A stretch of 63,744 nt of DNA, filler included, from Octopus bimaculoides (lineage: Eukaryota), in NCBI RefSeq assembly GCF_001194135.2. It is 6 parts of 6 records of this genome, joined end to end, with 100 filler letters (N's around TTAATTAATTAA, not from the genome) between each part and the next. Parts side by side here need not be neighbours in the genome. Positions count along the whole stretch, not along the records: positions 1 to 20,291 come from NC_068982.1; positions 20,392 to 41,177 come from NC_069009.1; 4 more parts are not named here. One strand, 5' to 3'. Positions 11,096 to 21,659 of this stretch are shown piece after piece; within the stretch, counting starts at the first letter, position 1, and the number at the start of each line of letters is the position of its first letter. Under the pieces are notes generated by a model, which saw nothing but the letters and a program-made list of their open reading frames with translations, searched no databases and had not been told where the DNA came from. The position numbers were made by a program, and so were the translations under genes.

Positions 11096-12372
11096 TTCTT
11101 AACGCACCTACGTCAAACATTTAATACTCTCTATCAACGAATCGAATTTCTCTGTAACGTATTTAACTCGAACAGAAAATATGCAAGGATTAGGAGCGTA
11201 ACATATTCTTTACTAGATTAAATTATTGTAGACGAGTATAATCTCAAGCATTCCCGATTGTAGCACTAAATAGCATAAAAATAGTATGAGATTTACTTCA
11301 TTCCAGTAATCAAACTAAAATCACTTGAAATAAGTGTTTTACAAACTGAGATTACAATATGAATGCAAATAACATTGTTTCGAGGTTGGAGAAATTAAAG
11401 GCTACTCATTCAGACTACTTAGCGTTGTAAATTTTATTACCTATCATAGTTAAAGCTTTGAATATTTTATGTTATAAATTCATTATATCTTTTGTAAGTT
11501 GTTACCAGGAGAAAAAAAAAGGATTATCATTTTGGATTATCATTTCAACGAGTGCCAACATCTTGGTATTTATCTACCTAGTCGTAACTTTACAGCTTGT
11601 CTGGACATTTATGTCAAAATATCTGCTAATTATTCATCCCTAGATTTACATTTAAAGTACTTTAAAATACATTAAATGCACTTCTAATTCTATTTATTGT
11701 AACGCAGAAGAAACAACAATAGATATTATAAGCAAGTTATTCATGTACATGAATAACAGAAACATTATTTTCTATGAGATGTTGCGGAAGAAAATAACTT
11801 GATAAACCACATACAGGAAACGTGGTTTGTCAACTTATAAAAACAAAAATTAACAAGGTGAAACATGTTTGGCAACAAGTTTTGCTACAAATCTTCTCTT
11901 GAATAATGGGTGAATATGTCTCCTCATAATGAATCAATATCGAATTTATTCTTACTTTGGCATCATCCGAAGTTATGGCCCATTATTTATGGTTAAATCT
12001 ATAGAAACTTCGAATTTTGGTGAAAAAAAAAAATAAACACACTTATTTCCTGTCGAATGAAAGCGTCTGTGATACGACGGAATTTCAAATAATAATCGGA
12101 ATAAAAAAGAAAAAAACAATCGAGTGTTGGTTGCGTGTTTCTTCCGAAAAGTACAATTCTTAATACTTTTCCAGCCACAGGACACATGTCGTCATATACG
12201 TGATGCATTCGTTACAATTGAAACATATGAAAGTGTTGCATGTGTGTGTGTAAAAAATATAAATTTCAGGCGAAAATGATAATTTGATGTAATTTGAATA
12301 GATGGGCTATGGATATTTTGGTTATTTGGATTGGTTGCTTCATGTTTCCTGAATTAAAACGAAGTCCATTTG

Positions 12373-12463
12373 AAGATTTCAATGAAACCATTTATTTACA
12401 AATATATTTACAAAGATTCCAATGAAACCATTTATTTACAAATATATTTACAAAGATTCCAAT
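12373..12463. repeat. 40-bp tandem duplication
   Basis: AAGATT(T/C)CAATGAAACCATTTATTTACAAATATATTTACA, about 2.3 copies. Confidence 0.92.
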
Positions 12464-12824
12464 AGGTACTTGCCGGAGGCTGCATCCCTGATTACTACTA
12501 ATAAATTATGTTGTGTATTGAGTTTGGCAAAAATTTTGATACCTACATATTTGAGTTGGTAAAGGCATAAAACTATTTTCATTGTTGACGAAATTATTCT
12601 TTTTAACCTGAGGTCGTGTTGTGATCAAGAATCCTATTCGTTTGTCTTCTCTGGAACCTCTGCACTGATTGTGGTGTGCTTCTCGATAAATAACCATGTT
12701 TTATAATAATTTTTCTTTTTTTTTTTTGTGGGGAAACACAGAGAAGTTTCCGTTCGAAATCATACGATCAAATGATCGTACCAGAAATACCATTGGCTAA
12801 NNNNNNNNNNTAAGCCTCGCTACA

Positions 12825-13372
12825 ATAAACTGACCGAACTACTGTATATTTTATCAACTCCCAAAGAATGAAAGGTAAAATAGACATCGGCGGATATTGG
12901 ACGCAGAACATAAAAGGGTTTTAATTAAATATTGTCGGGCATTTGGTCCGTTGTTCTACCGATTCTGCTATTAGCTGCCCTCTTAAAGGTTGAGTATAAA
13001 ATGATTTGTAACATAGGCACAAGGCCACAAACTTTGTAGAAGGGTATAGTTTCCTATTGTAATTATTTCTTCTACTGGCACAAGCTCTGACATTTGGAGG
13101 TACTTATTTTATCGACCCCCAAGAGGCAAAGTAAACCTCGCATAAAACTGTTTGCCGTGAGCCAAAATTTGAAGCTAGCAGAACCGTCTGCATGCCAAGC
13201 AAAATATTTCCGGCTCTTTATGTTCTGAGTTCAAATTCTGCCGAGGTCGATATGCCTGTCATTGTTTCGGAGTCGATAAAATACTTACCAGTAGAGAAAC
13301 GTGGTCGATGTGATCGACTCATCTCTCTCGTCGTAAAATTGCTAGCTTTGTGTCAAAATTTTAATCCAGTTA
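12825..13372. mobile_element. Cluster of three degraded family B SINEs (minus, minus, plus)
   Basis: B core remnants at ~12840-12985 (-), ~13080-13195 (-) and 13195-13372 (+; GTTCTGAGTTCAAATTCTGCCGAGGTCGA). Confidence 0.75.
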
Positions 13373-13589
13373 ACGTTAAATAAGAAGATACGCTTCTGAA
13401 TGTCTTTGAATGCCAATGACATTCAAACACGTAATAAGATTTTTTTTTATCATGTTGCAAGTTTTAAAACTATCATTCATCAAACTGAAACTACTACCTT
13501 GCACTTTTCACTCGGGGCAATCCTTTTAGATTTCTATGTCACTTTCCTAATAGAGTCAACAAAACGGCCTCTACCATAGCTGTTTTATT

Positions 13590-13765
13590 TGCTAGCCATA
13601 ACAGTTAAGTCTCCATTGCATCACACAGTGCTGCAGTGGTTCTCAGACAGTGGCTCGCAAATAGTTTTAATCAGAAGTTTGCTCGATCGCAGTTGACTGG
13701 GGTCTAAACAACAACAGCAGCAGTAGCAGCAGCAACAACAACAATAACAACAGCTACTACTACTG
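13590..13765 (+). mobile_element. Degraded retroposon 3' tail ending in (CAA/CAG)n
   Basis: TGCTCGATCGCAGTTGACTGGGGTCTAAACAACAACAGCAGC; related remnant near 60345-60400. Confidence 0.45.
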
Positions 13766-15795
13766 TAATCTTAATGTAATTTCTGAGAGAAAGTAAGGAA
13801 GAAGAATCTTGAAATGCAAAAGGGAATATGCTTCTGAAGTTACATGCTAATGAATCTGAATAGTTATGAAGGCTCTTCTGTTTTTAGTTTCTTTAAATAT
13901 GTATCAATTAATCATTCTTGATTTATTAGGTTATGGAAAAGTTAGGTTATAAGTTACAGAAGAAACAAGTTGATAAATTGCATACAGGAGACATTTTGAC
14001 ATCTAGTTAACCCAAATTTATTAAAGGACAGGTTTGATAGTGTTATCCGTAAAACTCTTTCTAAATATCAATAAATATGTGTAGCTGCCTCAAGCAGATG
14101 GTATTTTAGTGCCATCATCGTAATATATGGTATTTTATCTAGAAGTTTTTTTTTCCCCATATGTGGTCATTTTAGATTTATTGTCCTCATGCCGATCAGG
14201 CATTTGACCAACATGCAGTTTACCGTCGTAAAATAGTTTAAGTAAACTGTCTTTAAAAACAATTTTAGTAAATTTTGATAGAAACTGATATTTGCGATAG
14301 TGACATACCAAAATTTCACAAAAAGAAGATAAAGAACTCCTTAATTAAACCATGTTCACATCTACATATATAGAATAGTCTAACGTTGTATTAAGTATTA
14401 GAGAAAGAGCAGTTGAGCTACACCATTCCAATGTACTCTACCCAGCAGCGAACACTACTGAGAAGGCAATTCAATGCTGACGCATGATAGCCAACAGTTA
14501 CATGCGAGCAATGCATGATTAATGAGCCGTAGAAGAAGAACCGGCGGGAAGAGGTGGGGCTGTTGCTTTACATTCACTCGGACTATACGAAGACGTTCCA
14601 TCTATTTTTTTTAGTTGTCACTTCCTGTTTCTATAGCAATTTACTTTCAAATTTTTTATAACAATTCACTTTCACTTTTTTTTTAAAGATGGTAAACTGC
14701 AGGTTAACTCAGACATTTTATCCAATCAGATTTTTAAGCTAATCAGAAAATAGTAGTGTGCAGAGCCTAATTTTGACAATATCAACCAAGTGAAAATTTT
14801 AAAAATTCATTGGCTGTCTTTTGGCTCAGTGCCTCCATACTAGACATGTCTGTCACTCTCTTTCGCACCGTTGACTGTGTCTGAACTCTCTCTCTTTCTC
14901 TCTCTTCCGCTCTTTCATTGCCTTGATTTGAATTTAGGTCTTAAAATTTTTCTCGAAAAATCTGTAAACTCGAATCACGTGTTATGTATCCATTTTGGTG
15001 GTACTTAAGAAACAAAATTATATACAACTAATTTTTACTATTATAACTGCGAATAATAGATATATATTTTTTTTCCTATTGAATACATATTGAATCTCTT
15101 ATTTGGCATTATTCAAAGTTATGGGTTTTCATTTATAGCTAAATTCATAGAAACGTCGGATTTCTACAAGAGATCCACGTACTTATTTACTACTGAACTG
15201 AGGGAGGGGGGCAATATGTGATACGGCAGAATTCAAAACTAGTCGGAATCATAAATACTCGATTGTTGGTCGAGTGTCTCTTCCTTCAGTTTTGGTGACA
15301 CATAAACAAATGCACGCGCAAGCAAACTCAAACATTTATGCAGAGAGGAGAGGGGGGGGGGTTAGCGATGCAAACAAGACAACAGAACTCAAAACATGAG
15401 TTTATATATATAATGTTATCATTAATTATCGGCAGTAGTTACAGGGTGACTCAAGAGCTGAGAGCATGTCGTAAAGAGACCCTGAATTAAAAGAATATAG
15501 AAATGGATCGCCATCGATTCCGACGAAGATGAGTCTAACGTTCGATCAACTGAATTACTCTCTCTCTCTTTCTCTCTTTGAAATAACGTGCGTCTGGGCG
15601 GTGCACTGACGCGTCTATTCTTAATGTTGATTCTCAGGTGTAAACAACATGACACATTGTGTGACAGGGATGTACGTACCTTTAAATTACATGTGCAGTC
15701 AATTCGACACACTTTCATACAATCTCTTTCATAGACATGAACTGTATGTATGTATGTATGTATGTATGTATGTATGTATGCCCCCCCCCCAAGCA

Positions 15796-15934
15796 GGCTA
15801 TTTACATGCTAGAAATAGCAGCCAAATCTCACAAAACTGCGATAACATAAACCAAGAAATGTGTAATCAATCTACTCACCTTTCAGCAGAGGTTTCTTTC
15901 AGAGTAATTTCCCGCAGAAATATGAAATTAGAGC

Positions 15935-15986
<52 letters not shown>

Positions 15987-16591
15987 CAGAAATATATGAG
16001 TTTTGTCGAGAAGTTTGTCCGGGGAAGCCGTGCTGGTGGAGTTTAGGGGGATAAACTTTCGCAATGTGTTCGAGAAATGTATAGAAATTCTCAAAGTTTT
16101 TCTTCGCACCAAATCCATACATTTCTCGATACATTGACTCATCAACGCGGGACCATTTCATGTCGCCCGATGATCCAGTCACATACTTCAGCCGTCTTTT
16201 AATTCGGGACCAATAGACCTCAATGTGATTCGTACAAGCGCCAGTTTCAGGGTCGACGAAATTCGTTGAGTGGTTAACCGTTTTGTGTATGTAACCCAGC
16301 TTTTGTAGATTCCTATAGCTGGCCCATTTGTCCGTATGTACTATAGTACCCGGTAACCACCGAATGGAGCTTTGTCTCGAAGCATCTTCCCCGAACACAC
16401 TTCTCGACAAAACTCATTCCACTGGATCGCAGTTTCATTATCTACTCCGGTATATAAAGCCGCAGTAGATATAGGTGCCTCAAACACGAAATGGAAGACA
16501 ATGTGAAATATTTTCTGTAAGAACAACTTTGACTTTTCCATAAAAATCTTTGTCCTTTGTGAGATTTGGCTGTTATTTTTAGCATGTAAAT
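15796..16591 (-). mobile_element. Internally deleted Merlin (IS1016/ISXO2-like DDE) DNA transposon
   Basis: TIR 15800-15835 vs 16556-16591 (34/36 identical, preceded by GG on the left; right tip runs into an N gap). Minus strand encodes the N-terminal ...ETAIQWNEFCREVC... and C-terminal LPGTIVHTDKWASY...GYIHKTVNHSTNFVDPETGACTNHIEVYWSRIK motifs of ISXO2-type transposases; the first catalytic D region is missing. Confidence 0.9.
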
Positions 16592-17240
16592 NNNNNNNNN
16601 NNNNNNNNNNNNNNNNNNNNNNNNNNNNNNNNNNNNNNNNNNNNNNNNNNNNAATCGAAATTTTGAATTTGAGATTTTTGAAAATTTTTTTCAGAATCGG
16701 AATCTCCATAACATAAAACGTGGGATTCCGTAAAAAAAATAATTAAAAAAAGGGGGGGGAAAGTTCAGATTATATATACTCCATCTGGACCTATATATAT
16801 ATATATATAATTTATAATTATATACATAATTATAAAAAGGGCTTGGCCTGTGCCTCACTACGCACTGAAAAATAGACGTCAAAAGACACTATTACCAGCA
16901 TAATAAATTTTCTGAGAAAAAACACACCACATTATAGGCTAGCAAAAGAAAAAAAAAATGAATTAAAACTTGTGGTTAACCCATAGAGGATCGTGTTTCG
17001 AGCTTAAAGTAATAAAAATAATTACCTATTGCTCTCATCAGCGTCGGTATTCCAAAGCATAAATATACGAGTATCCACGAATATGTAAACGAGCTGCGAC
17101 TTCGCTTAATTGATATCCGTCCACACTCGCAGAAATATGCCGCAAAAGTAGAATTCACATCTTTCTCTTATACCCACGTGTAGTGTGTTACGATCAAGTC
17201 TGCATTTAATACAGTATTAATCAAGGAGTAAATTTTTCAA

Positions 17241-17470
17241 ATATTAATTATAATATGAAAGGGTAAAGATCGTTAATGATTTTTACCAAGTGGTAATTTA
17301 TGGTGGTAATAGTGTATTTTGTGCGTGGTGAGACACAAGCCAAGCCCTTGTTATAATTATGTATATAATTATATATTATTTGTAAAATTTACCTATGAGG
17401 TTTTTATTTACGCGCTGAGCACTTGGTAAAAATCATTAACGATTTTTACCCTTTATTATTATAATTAATA
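17241..17470. repeat. ~55-bp inverted repeats around a ~120-bp core
   Basis: TATTAATTATAATA..AAAGGGTAAA(G/A)ATCGTTAATGATTTTTACCAAGTG at both ends in opposite orientation; the core has an inverted homologue at ~16805-16870. Confidence 0.8.
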
Positions 17471-17504
17471 TATATATACTTTATTAAAAAGCAGCAAAAA
17501 TATC

Positions 17505-17555
17505 ACAAAAGCTGTTACTCAGAGTTTCACGCTCCCGTTTGTCGGTCAGTTTTGT
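17505..17555 (-). ncRNA. Hammerhead-like motif, mirror copy (more degenerate)
   Basis: Minus strand CCGACAA ACG(GGAG)CGT GAAACTCTGAGTA ACAGCTTTTGT. Confidence 0.4.
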
Positions 17556-17567
17556 TTAGAATTCTGA

Positions 17568-17618
17568 ACAAAACTATCCGACGAACGGGAACGTGAAACT
17601 CTGAGTAACAGTTTTTGT
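17568..17618 (+). ncRNA. Hammerhead-like motif (type I minimal, U4C core variant)
   Basis: stem I ACAAAACTAT - CCGACGA - stem II ACG(GGAA)CGT - GAAA - stem III CTC(T)GAG - GTA - ACAGTTTTTGT. Confidence 0.5.
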
Positions 17619-18115
17619 GATATTTTTGCTTCTTTTCAATAAAAGGGTTGGGAACCACTGTGAAAAGGTTGGGATGAATCGGCATAACACAAAACTAGAA
17701 GCGGTCTGAGGTGGCTTGGTATCAAAAGATTTAAAATATATAGATATTTATTTCATGTAAGTGAAAGCGGAAACATTAATATTGCTTTGGAAAAAATAAA
17801 AATCAAACTATACTGTGTGACAACTTATATATATTCATTAAACGCTAAACAAATACCGTGCAGTGACCGAATCGATATGATCTCGGGATTAAAGTCTTCA
17901 AGCACTGCATATTTCCATTTGCCTCTCGATAATCTGAAATTGATTTCATATTAGTCTCCGTTACTCGGGTGTGAGAGTAACCAACATGAACCTGATTTTT
18001 TATATACTACTGCTACTATGACGATGGCGGCAGTGGAGGTGATAAAATGCGATAAATAAATAAATAAATGTTTTGAGGGAATAATCTGAAATCGTATGGG
18101 TTCAAATAAAATTAC

Positions 18116-18172
18116 CTTCCAGTTATCACCTTGGATTAGCTGGAAATCGATTTCATCCAACCTCACAGCAAT
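18116..18172 (-). other. Candidate 57-nt spliced exon (unassigned)
   Basis: TACAG|...AAG|GTAATT; open in frame 0: IAVRLDEIDFQLIQGDNWK. No homology recognised. Confidence 0.2.
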
Positions 18173-18667
18173 CTGTACACGATTTCATGTTAACCAGGAA
18201 GTAAAGTGAATTGGAAGGCAATTTGACACTGCTTCACCGGAAGAATTAATTTTCGGTATTCAACTGCTTTTGCTTGAGTTCTTTTACACAAATTCTTCCA
18301 GGTCTGCTTCACTTTTTATCATTGAGAGATCACTGAAATAAACAACAGCGACTGAATTCACTACAGGTAATCAATCAACAGGCACTGGGATCGATTAATT
18401 CGATTAGATATCTTTAGAATGCGTTGCGTTATGTTTATGTGCGAAATCATTATATGAATTTAAAGTTATGTGATTTGTTCATCCATCCAAAGCAAATAAG
18501 TGCGTGCACGCATTTACTTGCATACGTACGTGCACGTAATACATCATTGTATGCAGACGTACAAATGAAACAGGAGGGGTGAGGGAGTATGGAAATACAA
18601 TATAAGTATTGATGGTGTCAATGGGAACAATCTTAATACATATATCAAGAGAAGAAAAAGAAAACAA

Positions 18668-19015
18668 CAGGCGTGGCTGAGCAGTGAGAAATTTGCTTCC
18701 CAACTACATGCTTCTGGGTTCAGTCTTCTACTGTAGCGTGGGTGAATTAGGTAGATGGAAACTGAATGAAGCTAGTCGTATATGCGGGCGTGAATGTGTC
18801 TATGTTTGTGTGTGTTATTTTGTGTCTGTGCTTGTCCACCACTACTGTTTGACAACCAGTGTTGGTATATTTACGCATCCATATCATAGCGGATCGGCAA
18901 AAAGGTCCAATAGAATAAGTATCACACTCTAGGGTCGATTCGTTCTACTAAAATTCTTCATGGCGGTGCCACAGTATCGCTGCAGTCTAATGACAGAAGC
19001 AAATACGAGATAACA
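18668..19015 (+). mobile_element. SINE family A, degraded
   Basis: GGCGTGGCTGAGCAGTGAGAA...GGGTTCAGTC...GGCAAAAAGGTCCAATAGAATAAGTA...GCAGTCTAATGAC. Confidence 0.85.
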
Positions 19016-19319
19016 GTGATTGTATGCAGTGTAGGAAGAGAGTATAAAGATACAGATAAGAGTAATACATAAATCCTGGGATAAGGTAAAATAGATAACT
19101 AATCTTGAGGAATGCCATATTTCCGGGTCGTAAAATTGACTTCTCAGTCATGATAGGATGATGGTGATGGTGTTCCGAGCAAGCAAAAAGTGCTTATTGA
19201 AGTAGTTGTCGAATTACAGCGGTCGACTTGACTTCCATCTCTAATAAAGACGCGTGTAAATCACACTAATGTTAAACATGAGTTTAAATAACTAAACCCT
19301 CTCATTATGTTTCAACACA

Positions 19320-19375
19320 CAAGGCGGCGAGTTGGCAGAAACGTTAGTACGCCGGTCGAACTGCTTCGTGGTATA
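19320..19375 (+). mobile_element. SINE family B head only
   Basis: AAGGCGGCGAGTTGGCAGAAACGTTAGTACGCCGG, then an abrupt switch to the LINE-like 5' UTR. Confidence 0.85.
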
Positions 19376-19379
19376 ACGG

Positions 19380-20160
19380 CTCTGTGAATTATTGTGAATA
19401 CTGTTGTGTTACTTTGTGAAAACTGTCTCGGTGAATAATTGTGATTTTTGTGGAATTATTACGGTTGCATTTCACGTGAGCTGCTGCATTTTCTCCAGCT
19501 ATGGCAAGTGGTAGTGTCTCCAGTATGGAGAGCTACGCCAAGGCCACTGCGCTGAGGAGGCCAGTGCCGCTGGAAACCAAGTTAATCAAGTTGGATATGG
19601 AGGAGGTGACTAGAAGCAGGAATTTGATAGAAGTTGAGGGAGACTCGTACAAATTGTGTTCCCCAAAAGAGACTAAAGAAAATAAAATTCTGAGAACAGT
19701 AGTGTATCGTACACAGGCTGTAGAAACCGGTAAAATTGAAATGGTGACGGAAGAGGAAATCGAGGAGTGCCTGGGTGAAATCGTCAATGAAGCCACGTAC
19801 ATCAACAGAGGAAGAAAGTTCGGTACGGTTGAGGTGAGGTTCGGCACTATAGAAGATGTAACCAACATATTAAGAAGTTAGAAAATAGCATTGCTACCAA
19901 GCTATAGAGGAAGAAGTGTGAAAAAACGAATTCCCAGAGTTACACCAGATATTAAACCAGAGTGGTTGGTTGCAACAGTGTTGGCTGCAACCAAGGAAGA
20001 GCCGGAATTGGGACCAATGGCGAAAACAAAAGTGTGCAAATGGTGGGGATTTGGACTCGAAATGTGGCTTTTTGCCACATTCGAGGACATAGAAAGAATT
20101 CCCTACCAGATAGAAGTGGAGGACGAGAAAACGTTAAATGTCGTAAAATTTTTATTATGA
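19380..20160 (+). pseudogene. Putative non-LTR retrotransposon 5' UTR plus ORF1-like reading frame (possibly L1/Tx1-like), disrupted
   Basis: ORFs 19501-19881 and 19891-20160 are in one frame separated by a single TAG (~220 aa: MASGSVSSMESYAKA...GTVEVRFG...LLPSYRGR...RIPRVTPDIKPEWLVA...WWGFGLE); no introns; family assignment is from recall only. Confidence 0.55.
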
Positions 20161-20391
20161 TCACTATGGATCTAATTTACATAGATGATACAAAGACAAA
20201 TACAAACAGATGTACAAAATGTATGAGTTCTTTTAAAAAAATTTTTACGATGTTTTTATAAAATTTAAAAAACGATGACTTTGAATATTCANNNNNNNNN
20301 NNNNNNNNNNNNNNNNNNNNNNNNNNNNNNNNNNNTTAATTAATTAANNNNNNNNNNNNNNNNNNNNNNNNNNNNNNNNNNNNNNNNNNNN

Positions 20392-20419
<28 letters not shown>

Positions 20420-20422
<3 letters not shown>

Positions 20423-20990
20423 GCTGTTGTGTCTGGGGAGAATCATTCACTTTTAGTGTCTTATAGTTTAACACACACACCGATAAAATTTCCACTTATT
20501 TACAAAAACTCATACACACACACACACACTCAGACACATGCACACAAGGAGACAGTGGTAGGCACATACACACACATGGAAACACACATACACCTGAAAA
20601 CACACGCACACATGCAAACACGCACACACACACACACATAAAAACACACTCTCACATAAAAACACAAACACACAAACACATGAATATATAGAATACATAC
20701 GCACACACACACACACATACATGCATACACACAATTACATACATGCATACATATAAACATATATACATGTGTATGTGCACACACACACTGACCCACACAC
20801 ATGCACACAGACCAACAAGAAGAACACAGCTTGAATAATGGACAGTCAACAACAATTGGAAAAGTTGCAAAATGCAACGAAAATTTTAGGAAAATAAATA
20901 AGTAAATGAGTGGAAATCAAATGGGTGAGTGTGTTAAATAATAAGGCATTAAAAGAGAATGACTCTCCCCGGACACAACAGAATATGCTT
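20420..20990. repeat. ~85-bp inverted arms enclosing a (CA)-rich microsatellite
   Basis: ATATGCTGTTGTGTCTGGGGAGAATCATTC...TTTCCACTTATTTAC (20420-20505) is inverted at ~20900-20988. Confidence 0.8.
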
Positions 20991-21083
20991 CAACATACGA
21001 ACTCACATAAAGAATGAACTTCACTATGATTTTCATAAGTTTGCGAAGGAGAGACAGGCCTCTCTATCCAGCTGGTAAGCTAC

Positions 21084-21126
21084 TTCAGGCTGATGACGAG
21101 CAAAGACTCAGAAACATGTCCCTGAA
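21084..21126 (+). ncRNA. Minimal type-I hammerhead ribozyme motif
   Basis: TTCAGG - CTGATGA - c GAG(CAAAGA)CTC a - GAAAC AT GTC - CCTGAA; perfect 6-bp stem I, palindromic ACATGT stem III, C-A mismatch at the base of stem II. Confidence 0.7.
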
Positions 21127-21364
21127 TGCTGGCTAGGCTGGGTGGGGGAGCTTGTCTCCCCTTCACAAACTTAAGGACACAGTAATTGGGTCAAGGCCGA
21201 CAGGAAGCGGTCCAGCTTCCTAGGGCTAAACAGCAGTAGTGTATTCCCTTATTGGGATTGTCACATTACGTTGACAATATACTACAACTTTGTCGCTCCA
21301 CTACTACTTAAATCTCTCTGAGAGATTTAGAAATATTATATTTCTAATTATATATATATATATA

Positions 21365-21610
21365 TTCTTTTAATTGTTTCAGTTATTTGACTGCAGCAAT
21401 GCTGGAGCACCGCCTTGAAGGGTTTTAGTCGAAGAATTCAACCCCAGAACTTATTCTTTGCAAGCCAAGTACTAATCCTATACATATCTTTTGTCAAACT
21501 GCTAAGTCACAGGGACATAAACACACCAGCATTGGTTGTCAAGCGATGGCGGGAAGGGGGAACACACAGACACAAAGACACATATAAATACACAGACACA
21601 CACACACATG
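21365..21610 (-). mobile_element. SINE family A, 3' half
   Basis: TGTTTCAGTTATTTGACTGCAGCAATGCTGGAGCACCGCC tail. Confidence 0.85.
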
Positions 21611-21659
21611 CATATATATATATATATGTTTGTGTCTGTATTTGTCACTTGACAACTGA

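Larger units (their letters stand above)
17481..17643. repeat. ~163-bp near-perfect palindrome, probably head-to-head Penelope-type terminal repeats
   Basis: Arms mirror around AGAATTCT (17558-17565). Confidence 0.9.

Noticed and set aside
20165-20290. Small hAT fragment (RCTKCMSS similar to RHTKCMSL at ~53330)
   Set aside because: Only a 16-nt identity in AT-rich sequence next to a gap; insufficient.
20336-20347. TTAATTAATTAA islands inside N runs (also 41222, 46395, 60524, 61908)
   Set aside because: Identical palindromic 12-mer with stops in all six frames, centred in gaps: a scaffolding pad, not biology.
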